Origin: Candidatus Eiseniibacteriota bacterium
Lineage (GTDB): Bacteria > Eisenbacteria > RBG-16-71-46 > JABDJR01
DNA: 64,000 nucleotides
Reading direction: 5' to 3'
NCBI GenBank assembly: GCA_963762255.1
Contig: CAVXKA010000003.1
Coordinates: 512,001 to 576,000 of the forward strand
Shown here: in pieces, positions 9,391 to 19,051 of the stretch
Layout of the letters: each line of letters starts with the position of its first letter
Position numbering within the stretch: the first letter of the stretch is position 1
Translations under genes and position numbers: made by a program
The notes under the pieces: generated by a model
Databases searched by the model: none
Told to the model about the DNA's origin: nothing
The model's input: the letters and a program-made list of their open reading frames with translations, nothing else

Positions 9391-9888
9391 TCATCGCGAC
9401 GGGGGTTCGAGTCCTCCCTCGCGGATGAAGCCCTCCAGTTCCAGGCGTTCCGCGTTGTCGGGGTTCACCTCGAGGGCCCGCCGAAAGTGCTGCGCCGCCT
9501 CGGCCTTGCGCCCCAGATAGTAGAGCGTCGCTCCCAGGTTGATGAGCGCCGGGGCGAAGGTGGAATCCGCGGCGACGGCGGCCTCGAACGCCGCGATCTC
9601 CTTGTCCTTGTACTGGGAATCGCGCACCGCGTTGTACTTGAACCGATAGGCCATTCCCAGAAGATTCTGGCCCACCGCCGAGCGCGGCTCCAGCGCCAGC
9701 CCCCGCTGATAGGCGGCGATGGCGGCATCGTAGTCCCCGGTCTGGAACTGGCGCGCGCCTTCGTCGAAGTGGGACTGCGCCTTGAGCGCGCTCTTCGCGC
9801 ACGCGGCAAGGGCGAGGGCAAGTAGGAGCGCCGGCAGCCACACGGCAACGCCCGACGCCGCACGGGAGCGTCTGCGATCAGGAAGCAT
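9391..9888 (-). CDS. Small TPR lipoprotein
   Basis: Lipobox LAAC followed by about three TPRs. GGAGG RBS precedes ATG 9888. Confidence 0.75.
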   Translation of the reverse strand: MLPDRRRSRAASGVAVWLPALLLALALAACAKSALKAQSHFDEGARQFQTGDYDAAIAAYQRGLALEPRSAVGQNLLGMAYRFKYNAVRDSQYKDKEIAAFEAAVAADSTFAPALINLGATLYYLGRKAEAAQHFRRALEVNPDNAERLELEGFIREGGLEPPSR

Positions 9889-10819
9889 TTTCACCTCCGG
9901 CGGCGCCCGCCATGCGCCTTCCCAGGAGCACGGCGATCGCGCCGAACAGTATCGTGACCACGAGGGAGCCTTCGGGGCCGAAGTCGCCTCCGCCCAGCAC
10001 GGGGGGGAGATCGCGAATCGACACGTGCAGAAGCGAGGGCAACGAGAACCCGCTCACCTGCGCTCCGAACAGTACCCCCACGACCAGGTTCCACCCCGCG
10101 TGAAGTCCGATCGGCACTTCGAGACCGCCCGAGATCTCGCGCAATTGACCGAGCACGATGCCGATGAGGAGGATATTCACCCAGCCCAGGAAACTGGAAC
10201 CCGGATTCGAGCTGTGCAGAAAGGAAAAGACGATCGCGGTGAGAAAGATGGCCCGCCCGGCGGGATACCCCTCACGCAGGTTCACGAATACATAGCCCCG
10301 CACGAACCACTCTTCCATGAACGCGGCGGCGAGGGTGGCGACGAGCGTGGCTGCGGCCAACTGCCAGCCCAGGCCCTCGAAAAGAACCGGCTTCAGATGG
10401 CGCCCTCCCACCGCGGAGATGAAGAGGATCGAGACCGCGGCGAGGATCGTCCCGAGCATGAGGCCCCAGGCCGCGGATCCCCCTCGGACGCCGCCGGACC
10501 CGCCGAGGCCGAGCGAATTCATCCTCCGTCGGTCCACACCCGCGGTCATGATGAGCACGGTGACGATCCCCATCACCGCCTGCCCCAGCATCATGAACAC
10601 CAGGAAGCGCGGAGACTCCATCACGCGCTTCAACTCGGCCTGGAGCGCGGGATCGGATGGAGTGGTGTTGGCCGCCGTCGCGAGGATCCCCGTGGAGGCA
10701 AGGTAGACCGCGTAGAGAAGGGTGGTGAGCAGGAGGAAGAGCACCATCGCGAGGATGATGCGGCGCCACACTCCCCGGATGCGCGGCGCGGCGGGCGCCG
10801 GCGCCAGAACCTCGCTCAC
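9878..10819 (-). CDS. CPBP (Abi/CAAX protease II) intramembrane metalloprotease
   Basis: Motifs EEWFVRGY, FSFLH and IGLHAGWN; multi-TM. The GTG overlaps the M16 stop. Confidence 0.85.
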   Translation of the reverse strand: MSEVLAPAPAAPRIRGVWRRIILAMVLFLLLTTLLYAVYLASTGILATAANTTPSDPALQAELKRVMESPRFLVFMMLGQAVMGIVTVLIMTAGVDRRRMNSLGLGGSGGVRGGSAAWGLMLGTILAAVSILFISAVGGRHLKPVLFEGLGWQLAAATLVATLAAAFMEEWFVRGYVFVNLREGYPAGRAIFLTAIVFSFLHSSNPGSSFLGWVNILLIGIVLGQLREISGGLEVPIGLHAGWNLVVGVLFGAQVSGFSLPSLLHVSIRDLPPVLGGGDFGPEGSLVVTILFGAIAVLLGRRMAGAAGGENAS

Positions 10820-13470
10820 CTCGACGTCCGCTCCCCGGCTCGCGCTTCCTCCGGGCCTGGGCGCAAGACCGTCACGGTGAGCAGCGCGGGGTCGATGACG
10901 CGCGCCGCCGCCCGCCGCACGTCGTCCGCACCGACCGACCGGATCCCGTCCAGGTAGCGCGCGGTCTCTTCGTAGCCGAGTCCCAGCACTTCGTCGTGCG
11001 CGTAGGTCGCGGCCCAGGCCATGCGTGACTGCATATCGATGAGATGCGAGCCGGCCAGCGTGCTGCGCGCGCGGCGGAGTTCTTCCGGGGCGGGTGCCTC
11101 GCGCGCGGTTAACTCCAATTCGGCGAGAAGCGCGGCGGTCGCTTCGTCCACCTGCTCGGGCCCGGTGCCCACGTACGCCCCTACCGCGCCCCCTCGGCGG
11201 AGCGGCGCCGCGAACGCGCCGGTGAAGTAGCAGAGATGCCGCTCGTCGCGAAGCCGCGTGAAGAGGCGGTTCCCCATGCCGGAGAGGATCGCATCCCAGA
11301 CCTCCAGGGCGTAGCGCTCCGGCGCATCGACACCGGGCCCCGGATAGCCGAGCACCACCACCGCCTGCGCGACGTCCTTGTGCAGCACCACGCGCTCTCC
11401 CGCTCGGGCCGGCGCTTGCGGCGGGACCTCGCCTGGAGAGGGGCCGCGCATGGGGAGCGAGGAAATCGTGTCCGCCAGGCGACGAAGCAGATCGTCCCGA
11501 TCGAAGTCCCCCACGACGCTCAACACGAGCCGTGCGGGGTCGTAGACGCGAGCGTGCCACGCGCGGAGCGCGCCGCCGTCGAGGCGCGCCACCGAGTCCT
11601 CGGTGCCCGCCACCAGACGACCGTAGGGATGGCCGGCAAAGAGGCGGCGATAGAACTCGGAGAGAGTGAACTGCATGGTGTCGTCGCGCAGCGCGGCGAG
11701 TTCCGCAAGGGTGTTCGTGCGCTCGCGCGTCACCGCATCCTCGGGGAAGTCGGGCTGCGTGAGCACGGTGCCGAAGAGATCCAGCGCCACCGGGAGATCG
11801 CGGCTCACCGCGCTCAGGCTGAACCCGCACACATCGCGGCTCGTGAACGGATGGAGTCGGGCGCCCATTCCCTCCAGCGTCTGTGCGATCTCGGCGGCGG
11901 TGCGCCCCCCCGCCCCCTTCATCATGCAGAGCTGGGTCATGCGGGTGATGCCCGCGTCGAGGTCGCCTTCGTTGCCGCTTCCCACCGGGAGATAGGCGGC
12001 AAGCGCGACCAGGGGCAACCGGCCGTCGTGCTGCAGGAGCACGCGCGCACCGCCGGCGAGGGTCAGCGCTTCGACGGCGCTTCGTCCTGCCCCCGATCCG
12101 ACGGGGAGAGCGCTCGGTGGGCAGGAGCCGTTGGTCCGGTGTTCGACCGGGGTCAGCGCGCCGGCCACCGACTCGCGCAGGCGGTCGTAGAGCGCGGGCG
12201 CCGCGGGCGCCGCGGGCCGCGCACCGGCGGGAGCGTGCACGTACACGGTGGCCTGCTCGAGGTTGAAGTAGCGACGCGCCGCATCTTGCACGCGCGGCGA
12301 GTCGACTCGGGCCAGACGCTCCAGAGTGGTGCCGGCCAGACGATAGTCCCCGAGGAGCGCGTAGTGACCGAGGATCGAGGCCTGCCCTTCCATCGTCTCC
12401 AGGCCATGCAGCGTCTCTCCCTGATGCATGCGAAGCATGCGCTCCAACTCGACCGCGGTCGGCGGCTCGACCTGGAAGCGCAGAACCTGCGCCATGACCT
12501 CGGCGAGCGCGGCGTCAGCCTTCGCCGTCTCCGCCGCAAACTCCACGACGAGATAGCCGGGCTCGCGCCCGGTCGTGTCGAGAATGCTGGAGCTCAAGAT
12601 GAGGTCCTTTCCCTCCCGAACACGCTGGTAGAGACGGCTCGACCTCCCGCTGCCGAGCACGCCGGCCAGAACGAGGATGGCGTCGGTATCCGGATGGAGT
12701 TCGGGCGGGATATGGAAGCCGACCTTGACGTAGACCTTCTCCACATCGCCGGCGGTCTCGCGATATCGGAACTCGCTCTGATGCGGCTCGGGCGGGGACT
12801 GATTCGGGGTGAGCGGGCGCGCGGGCCAGCCACCGAGCCGCTCCTCGATCGCCCGGAACGCGCGCTCCGCGCTCACGTCCCCCACCACCACGTACACGAT
12901 ATTGTTGGGGACGTAGTAGGTCTCTTTGTAGGCAACGATCGCGTCCCGCCCCACGCGCAGGAGGTTCTCGTCGGGCCCGCCGATCGGGTTGCGATAGCGA
13001 TGGGTGGTAAACGCCTCGGCGAGGAGATGCTCCCAGGTGAAGCCGTACCCGTTGGGCCGGTCCCGGTACATCTCGTTTTCCTTGATCAGGACCTGCCGTT
13101 CCTTCTCGAGCTCCGAGTCGTCGAAGGTGCTGTGCATGAGCACGTCGGCGTGGATGTCGAGCGCGGTCTCGAAGTTCTCCGCGGGGAGGGTGATGTAGTA
13201 GTTGGTGCTCTCGTAGCTCGTGCCCGCGTTGGTGTCGCCGCCGGCGTCGAGGATCTCCCGGGCGATGTCGCCGGGGCCTCGGCGGGCCGTCCCCTTGAAC
13301 AGCATATGCTCGATGCCGTGGGACCAGCCGGCGATGGCCTCGTCCTCGTTGAGCGATCCCACGCGCACGAAGAAGTTGAGCGCGACCACCGGCGCGCTGC
13401 GGTCCTCGCGGACAAGGATCTCGAGGCCGTTGTCCAGCACCTTGCGCCGGACGTCCTGGAAAAGGGTCAT
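10816..13470 (-). CDS. M16 (pitrilysin/PqqL-like) zinc peptidase
   Basis: Inverted zinc motif HGIEHMLFKGT, NAGTS, ELEKERQVLIKE. The duplicated C-terminal half lacks HxxEH. Confidence 0.92.
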   Translation of the reverse strand: MTLFQDVRRKVLDNGLEILVREDRSAPVVALNFFVRVGSLNEDEAIAGWSHGIEHMLFKGTARRGPGDIAREILDAGGDTNAGTSYESTNYYITLPAENFETALDIHADVLMHSTFDDSELEKERQVLIKENEMYRDRPNGYGFTWEHLLAEAFTTHRYRNPIGGPDENLLRVGRDAIVAYKETYYVPNNIVYVVVGDVSAERAFRAIEERLGGWPARPLTPNQSPPEPHQSEFRYRETAGDVEKVYVKVGFHIPPELHPDTDAILVLAGVLGSGRSSRLYQRVREGKDLILSSSILDTTGREPGYLVVEFAAETAKADAALAEVMAQVLRFQVEPPTAVELERMLRMHQGETLHGLETMEGQASILGHYALLGDYRLAGTTLERLARVDSPRVQDAARRYFNLEQATVYVHAPAGARPAAPAAPALYDRLRESVAGALTPVEHRTNGSCPPSALPVGSGAGRSAVEALTLAGGARVLLQHDGRLPLVALAAYLPVGSGNEGDLDAGITRMTQLCMMKGAGGRTAAEIAQTLEGMGARLHPFTSRDVCGFSLSAVSRDLPVALDLFGTVLTQPDFPEDAVTRERTNTLAELAALRDDTMQFTLSEFYRRLFAGHPYGRLVAGTEDSVARLDGGALRAWHARVYDPARLVLSVVGDFDRDDLLRRLADTISSLPMRGPSPGEVPPQAPARAGERVVLHKDVAQAVVVLGYPGPGVDAPERYALEVWDAILSGMGNRLFTRLRDERHLCYFTGAFAAPLRRGGAVGAYVGTGPEQVDEATAALLAELELTAREAPAPEELRRARSTLAGSHLIDMQSRMAWAATYAHDEVLGLGYEETARYLDGIRSVGADDVRRAAARVIDPALLTVTVLRPGPEEARAGERTSR

Positions 13471-13491
13471 GCGCCTGTCCTGTCTCCGATG

Positions 13492-14010
13492 TTAGAGCGC
13501 CGCGTACACGGCTTTAAGGGTGAAGAACACGATGGCGAGCCCGATGACGAGCTTGAAAGCCGTGGCCGCTACTCGGCCTACGAGGGCTCCCGTTCCAGCC
13601 CGCGCGCTCTCCCGCGCCCGCCTCCCCCGCAGCATCTCGCCGACGAAGGCGCCGGCGAAGGCGCCGACGGTCGCTCCGATCAGCGAACCCACGATCGGGA
13701 ACCACGCGGTGCCGAGCGCCGCTCCCACCAAGCCTCCGATAAAGGTGCCGATCATACCCCATCGCGTCGCGCCGAAGCGGCGCGCCACGACCACCCCGAG
13801 CAGCGTCTCTACGAGCTCGCCGAGCAAGGCCAGGCCGAGCAGCAGAAGCAAGAGACCGAATCCGAGGTGCTCGAACCCGCCGATCCATGCGACGGCAAGC
13901 GCGATCCCGAGGAGAATGAAGTTCCCCGAAAGGCCAAGCACGACCGCGGCCAGGCCGGCGAGCACCGCGAGGTGCAGGAGCACGAGGAGGACGACGGCGA
14001 CGAGGGCCAC
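13492..14010 (-). CDS. DUF456 family membrane protein
   Basis: Gly-rich hydrophobic protein with RRFGATRWGMIGTFIGGLVG and GAFAGAFVGE. Confidence 0.75.
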   Translation of the reverse strand: MALVAVVLLVLLHLAVLAGLAAVVLGLSGNFILLGIALAVAWIGGFEHLGFGLLLLLLGLALLGELVETLLGVVVARRFGATRWGMIGTFIGGLVGAALGTAWFPIVGSLIGATVGAFAGAFVGEMLRGRRARESARAGTGALVGRVAATAFKLVIGLAIVFFTLKAVYAAL

Positions 14011-14025
14011 GCGCGGCGAAGCGGG

Positions 14026-16206
14026 CTAGAGGCCGCTTCGCTCCCCCATGCTGGCGAGAAGGCGTCGCGCCAGCATGCCCATGTTGCCGGTGCTGTCGAT
14101 GGCGGCATAGCTGCGCAGCAGGCGCGCGGCGCCCGTGGTGTCCTTGGCCGCCAGATAGCCCTTGGCCAGGTTGAAGTATGGCTCGGGCCGGCGCGGGTCG
14201 GCGGCGATCGCCCGCTCGAACGCGGTGCGCGCGGCAGCGCCGTTCCCTTCCAGATCGCGCGCTACACCCAGGTTGATCCAGGCCTCCGCGTCGCCCGGTG
14301 CACGCCCGACGACCATTTCGAAATAACGCGAAGCTTCCGCTATGTTCCCTTGTCGCATAAGGAGATAGCCAAGGTTGAACGCGGAGGCCGTGTCGTCCGG
14401 GTTGCCCGCCACGGCGGCCCGGTAGTTCACCGCGGCGGAGGCAGTATCCCCCTTGTCCTCCTGCACGCGGCCGAGATGGGCCTTCAGGTCCGCGCTGTCG
14501 GGAGCGCGCTTCAAGGCTTCGAGCAGGAGTGCCTCGGCGAGGGCCGTGTTTCCCCGCTGGCGTTCCATCGAGGCGTAGTTGAGCGAGGCCTGGAGGAAAT
14601 CGGGGTTCAGCGCGAGGGCCTTCCGGTAGGCGGATGCGGCGGGCACGTGCCGACCCAGGTCGCGGTAGGCATTACCGAGCTGATACTGCGCGAACTCCTG
14701 GCTGGGATCGCGTCGGACGGCCATCTCGAGAATTGCCGCCGCCTCCTCGCGTTTTCCCTGCGCGAGGAGCACCGCGCCCAGGTTGGCGGTCACGCGCGCG
14801 TTTGTGGAGTCGATCATGGCCGCCTCCCGGTAGGCCACGACCGCGCTCTCGCTCTGTCCCCGATCCAGATACCAGGTGCCGATCTCCTCGAACGCGTAGG
14901 AACGAGCGAACCGCGAGGCGCTGCTCCCCGGCCCGTAGAGAGAGGCGAAGTGGGCGAGCGAACGGTCTACGTCGGCGTCGACCGCCACCCAGGGCAACGT
15001 ATGGAAGAAGCTCAGGCCGATGAGGAGTCCCGCGGCCGCGCCCGCCCATCTCGGAAGCGTGACGCGCCAGGGCGCGCGGGCGAGGAGCCTCCCCAGGAGG
15101 ATCAGCCAGGGAAGACTCGCCACCGCGAACAGATCCCAATCCCGCGCCGCGCCGAAGTCGCGCCTGAAGAAGAGCGATGCAAACCACCACGGCCCGCCCG
15201 CCCACAGGAGGAAACGCTCCTCTCGACCCAAGCCCCCGTGGGCGCGAAACGCCAGGAGGATGAGCGCGAGCAGCGCGCCGAAGGGACCGATCAGCCACTG
15301 CTCCTGAAGGACGTCGCCGAGGTGCGCGGGACTGAACAGCGTATAGGGGATGTGGAGCCCGAGCGGGCCGGAGACAGGCAACATGCCGCGCAGGGTCGCG
15401 GCGCCCAGATCGACGAAGGGTCTCATGCCGCCACGCGCGATCACGCCGGCGGCAAGCGCGGCGAGCGGAATCAGCAGGAGGAGAAGCCGCGGGCGGCGAG
15501 CGGATGCGGGCGGCGGCGCCTTGCCCTCGGCGCGTGGTCCCACCCAAAGCACGTAGATCAGGGACGGCCACAGGAACGCGCCGGTGACATGCACGAGCGG
15601 CGCCAGCGCCGCCACCGCCGCCGCGGGCCAGAAGGAACCGCGCCCATCGAGCGCGCGCAAGACGAGCACGAGGTAGAGCATCGCAGCCAACGCCAGGAGC
15701 GGGTAGGTCTCCGCGTGACCGTAGAAGAGGCGCGTGATGCCGGCCAGAGCCAGCAGGCCGAACGCCGGCAATCGCCCACCCAGGTCCGATGCCGCCTGCC
15801 GAGCAACCCAGTAGGCAAGCAGAAGGTAGACCCCACCGCACGCGGCGCTCACCCAGGCAAAGGCGAGGGCGGGATCGGGCGAACCAAGGAGCCGATCTCC
15901 CATGAACGTCGTCCGTTCGCGCCCGAGCCAGAAGAGCGCAGCGCCCGCGGCCGCGATCACGAGGCCGGTAAGGATTGCGGGGATGCGCGATGCCGAATGC
16001 GCGTTCTCGCCGCGGCGGCCTCGCGCGAAAGCCCAGACAAGCCCACCCAGCACGAGCGCCCCCAGCGCGCCGCCCCATAGCCATGCGCCGGGGAGAAACC
16101 CGTAATGGTGCACCCCCCAATTGACCGGTGTCGGCGCGAGAATCCCCGCGACGTGCAGGGTCAACACGAGAAAGGCGTAGAGGAGAACGATCAGGAGTGT
16201 GCGCAC
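14026..16206 (-). CDS. Polytopic membrane protein (GT-C-like) with C-terminal TPR array
   Basis: About 11-12 TM segments with loops LFYGHAETY and RDWDLF, followed by about 7 TPRs. Confidence 0.65.
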   Translation of the reverse strand: MRTLLIVLLYAFLVLTLHVAGILAPTPVNWGVHHYGFLPGAWLWGGALGALVLGGLVWAFARGRRGENAHSASRIPAILTGLVIAAAGAALFWLGRERTTFMGDRLLGSPDPALAFAWVSAACGGVYLLLAYWVARQAASDLGGRLPAFGLLALAGITRLFYGHAETYPLLALAAMLYLVLVLRALDGRGSFWPAAAVAALAPLVHVTGAFLWPSLIYVLWVGPRAEGKAPPPASARRPRLLLLLIPLAALAAGVIARGGMRPFVDLGAATLRGMLPVSGPLGLHIPYTLFSPAHLGDVLQEQWLIGPFGALLALILLAFRAHGGLGREERFLLWAGGPWWFASLFFRRDFGAARDWDLFAVASLPWLILLGRLLARAPWRVTLPRWAGAAAGLLIGLSFFHTLPWVAVDADVDRSLAHFASLYGPGSSASRFARSYAFEEIGTWYLDRGQSESAVVAYREAAMIDSTNARVTANLGAVLLAQGKREEAAAILEMAVRRDPSQEFAQYQLGNAYRDLGRHVPAASAYRKALALNPDFLQASLNYASMERQRGNTALAEALLLEALKRAPDSADLKAHLGRVQEDKGDTASAAVNYRAAVAGNPDDTASAFNLGYLLMRQGNIAEASRYFEMVVGRAPGDAEAWINLGVARDLEGNGAAARTAFERAIAADPRRPEPYFNLAKGYLAAKDTTGAARLLRSYAAIDSTGNMGMLARRLLASMGERSGL

Positions 16207-16264
16207 GGGTCGTCTTCCTTTCCTCGGTGGGGCCCGAAGAGGATACCGGCAGCGGAAACCGCGC

Positions 16265-17593
16265 TCAAGCGCGCGCTCCCCAAGGCCAGACCACTCGCGG
16301 CCGGCCGCGCAGGGCGAGCAAGGTGAGAAGTTCGGCCACGAAGGCCGCACCGAGAAGGATGGCGCCCAGAAGACCGCCGCGCATGCTCATCGCAATCCCG
16401 GCCGCACCGAGCCCGCCGATCGCAACCACCCGGCTCATCCCCGCGAACCCGACCGCCGCGGTGTGGTCGCTACGCGTGAGGATCCCCTGCTGGTACGCGA
16501 TGAACCCGGCCACCAGAGGCTGCAGCGAGAGAAGCGCGAACGGAAGGCGCGCGCGGGCTGCGAGCTCGGGGGAGAGACCGATGACCCGCTCGAGCAGGAA
16601 GCCCGCCGCCGGCGTGAGCGTGACGAGGAATACGGCGGCGCACACGCTTCCGACATAGCGCCACACGAAGCGTTCCAGCCGCCTGAGGTTGGCGCGCGTC
16701 GTGCCGAGCGCGATCGTCACACTCGAGAATCGCAGCACGGAACTCGCCATGAACCAGATGAGCGAGGCGACCACGGAGAAGACGGCCAGCCCCTGTTCCG
16801 GATTGGGGGTGCGCGCGATGAACGCGTTCACCAGCGGATTGGTGAGGCTCCCCAGCACCATGGTCCACGCCAGCGGCGCCAGGAACCGGACCTTGCCGGA
16901 GAGCCGGCGGCCGGCCTCGTGCGCGGGCGAGACGCTCTCCTCCCGCTCCGGAGTGCGCATCGTCACGACGATGACGTAGAGCGTCTCCACCAGCACGGCG
17001 GCGGCGAGAGCGAGCACCGCGGCCACAGGCCCACCCCAAGGAACGCGCGGCACTACGGTGAAGACCATGATGGCCAGGAAAAGGAGCCGCAGGAACGTGC
17101 CCACCGCGATGGGAGCGGAACGCCGCCGGCCGACCAGCACCCCCTGATAGGCGCTGCGCACGGCGACCAGCAGCGGGAACAGGATTCCCGCGCGCAGGGC
17201 GAGCACCGCCGGAGCGGTGAGCTCCTCGCTTGCGCCCAGCAGCCGCCGGAAGATGAACGGGGCGGCCGGGGTGAACACGATGAGGCACTCGACGACGGTC
17301 AGTGCGAGACCGAGCCCGATCGAGAACCGCACGAACGATCGGATGGAGCCCGAGCCGGTGTACCAGGCGATGATGGCCTGCTGGAGCGCAAAGACCGGAC
17401 TCTCCAGAAAAACGCTCAACGTGAACGCGATCCCGAAGACGGCGAGATTGAGTTCGGGATCGGGCATGCGGGCGAGCCCGGCGTTGATGATGGGAGTCGA
17501 GACCGACATCATCGTGCTCGTGGCAGCCAGGGGCAGGAACAGGCCCAGGATATCCCGCGTGGTCAGCACGGGACGCGTCGGCAGGTTCGACAT
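16265..17593 (-). CDS. MATE-like/ANKH-like membrane transporter
   Basis: Two internally repeated halves (FLPLA...IINAGLARMPDP...LAVFGIA and FLAPLA...LVNAFIARTPNP...LAVFSV); about 12 TM. Confidence 0.65.
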   Translation of the reverse strand: MSNLPTRPVLTTRDILGLFLPLAATSTMMSVSTPIINAGLARMPDPELNLAVFGIAFTLSVFLESPVFALQQAIIAWYTGSGSIRSFVRFSIGLGLALTVVECLIVFTPAAPFIFRRLLGASEELTAPAVLALRAGILFPLLVAVRSAYQGVLVGRRRSAPIAVGTFLRLLFLAIMVFTVVPRVPWGGPVAAVLALAAAVLVETLYVIVVTMRTPEREESVSPAHEAGRRLSGKVRFLAPLAWTMVLGSLTNPLVNAFIARTPNPEQGLAVFSVVASLIWFMASSVLRFSSVTIALGTTRANLRRLERFVWRYVGSVCAAVFLVTLTPAAGFLLERVIGLSPELAARARLPFALLSLQPLVAGFIAYQQGILTRSDHTAAVGFAGMSRVVAIGGLGAAGIAMSMRGGLLGAILLGAAFVAELLTLLALRGRPRVVWPWGARA

Positions 17594-17601
17594 CGGCACG
17601 G

Positions 17602-18987
17602 CTACGGCGCCGACCCTCCGAGGAGGCGCAGGAGAGCGGTGGCGAGACCGAAGTAGATCAGGAGGCCGGTGACGTCGTTGGACATCGAGACAAAGGGGCC
17701 GGTCGCGATGGCGGGATCCACGCGGAGACGGTGGAACACGATGGGCAGAACGGATCCCATGGTGGTGGCGACCAGCACCGCCATCATCATCGCCGCTCCC
17801 ACCACGCATCCGTAGAACCAGGTTCCCTTCCACACCAGCGCGACCACAGCCACCACGACGCCGCACATGATCCCCAGCGCGACGCCGACCCGCGCTTCCC
17901 GAAGCACGATGTTCACCACGTCGCGATTCTGAAGCTGCTGCAGCGCGAGCCGGCGGACGGTGGTGACCGCGGCCTGGGTCCCGGAGTTGCCCCCCATGGC
18001 GGTGATGACCGGAACGAACGCGACCAGCATCAGCAGCTCGTGGGTGAGGACGCTGGTGAAGTGATGCAGCACGACACCGGCGAGAAGCCCGCCGAAGAGG
18101 CTCACCACGAGCCAGGGCAGACGCAAGAGCGCCACACGCCGGGCGGAGCTCTCGTCGAAGTCGAAGTCCACCGTCCCCGCCATGCGGGCGATGTCCTCCT
18201 CGGCTTCCTCGCGCATGACGTCCACCACGTCGTCCACCGTGATGCGCCCGAGGAGCACCCCTTCCTCGTTCACGACCGGGACCGCCACCAGGTCGTAGCG
18301 ACGGAAGATGTTGGCGACCTCTTCCTGGTCCATGTCCGGCGGCACCGTGGCGATGTCCGTGTTCATGGCCTCTCGGGCAGGCGTCGCGGAGTGCTGGAGC
18401 ACCAGGTCCTTGACCGAAAGGATGCCCTTCAGTCGCTTCGCTTCATCGACGACGTAGACGTTGAAGAAGGCGCCGACATCCTCATGGCGGGCCCGCACCA
18501 TCTCCCGCGCATCCCCTACCGTGTCGTTCACGTTCACGGTGAGAACCTCGGTGGCCATGATGCCGCCGGCGGTGTCCTCGCGGTGCACGAGGAGCGGGCG
18601 CATGGCCTCCCGCTCCTCCGGCTCGATGCCCTGAAGTACCTGATCGGCCAGCTCCGGCTCGAGCTCCTGCAAGAGGTCGGCGGCGTCGTCCGAATCCATC
18701 TCCTCGACCAGGTCGGACAGCTCGTGGTGGGGGATCTCGGCGATGACGTTTTCGCGGACGGCGGTGGGGAGTTCGGTGAGGACGTCCGAGGCCTGCTCGC
18801 TCTCGCGCACCAGCGCGAAGAGATACCGCTGGTCCTCTTCATCGTGGAGGGTGGAGATGAGGAGAGCGATGTCGGCGGGATGGAGGTTCAGGAGTACGGC
18901 CTGAATGGCACCGTCCCGCCGCTCCTCCACGAGCGGCAGGAGATCTTCTCTCACGCCCTCGATGAGGGGACGCGGAACCCGCTCCAT
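17602..18987 (-). CDS. mgtE: Magnesium transporter MgtE
   Basis: HPADIA, MDSDDAADLL, CBS pair, MGGNSGTQ and DPAIATGPFV. Confidence 0.95.
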   Translation of the reverse strand: MERVPRPLIEGVREDLLPLVEERRDGAIQAVLLNLHPADIALLISTLHDEEDQRYLFALVRESEQASDVLTELPTAVRENVIAEIPHHELSDLVEEMDSDDAADLLQELEPELADQVLQGIEPEEREAMRPLLVHREDTAGGIMATEVLTVNVNDTVGDAREMVRARHEDVGAFFNVYVVDEAKRLKGILSVKDLVLQHSATPAREAMNTDIATVPPDMDQEEVANIFRRYDLVAVPVVNEEGVLLGRITVDDVVDVMREEAEEDIARMAGTVDFDFDESSARRVALLRLPWLVVSLFGGLLAGVVLHHFTSVLTHELLMLVAFVPVITAMGGNSGTQAAVTTVRRLALQQLQNRDVVNIVLREARVGVALGIMCGVVVAVVALVWKGTWFYGCVVGAAMMMAVLVATTMGSVLPIVFHRLRVDPAIATGPFVSMSNDVTGLLIYFGLATALLRLLGGSAP

Positions 18988-19051
18988 AACACCTCCTTCA
19001 TCGTCCGCGACCTGCGGGCGTGTGCGGCTCGTTCGGCCGCGCGGTCGACGG

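Noticed and set aside
11236-16080. 1614-aa plus-strand ORF, and similar long antisense ORFs (4927-6426, 19916-21766, 23897-25708, 27277-29721, 38750-40690, 52790-54637)
   Set aside because: These are shadows of well-supported opposite-strand genes. They are expected in GC-rich DNA and show no recognisable motifs.
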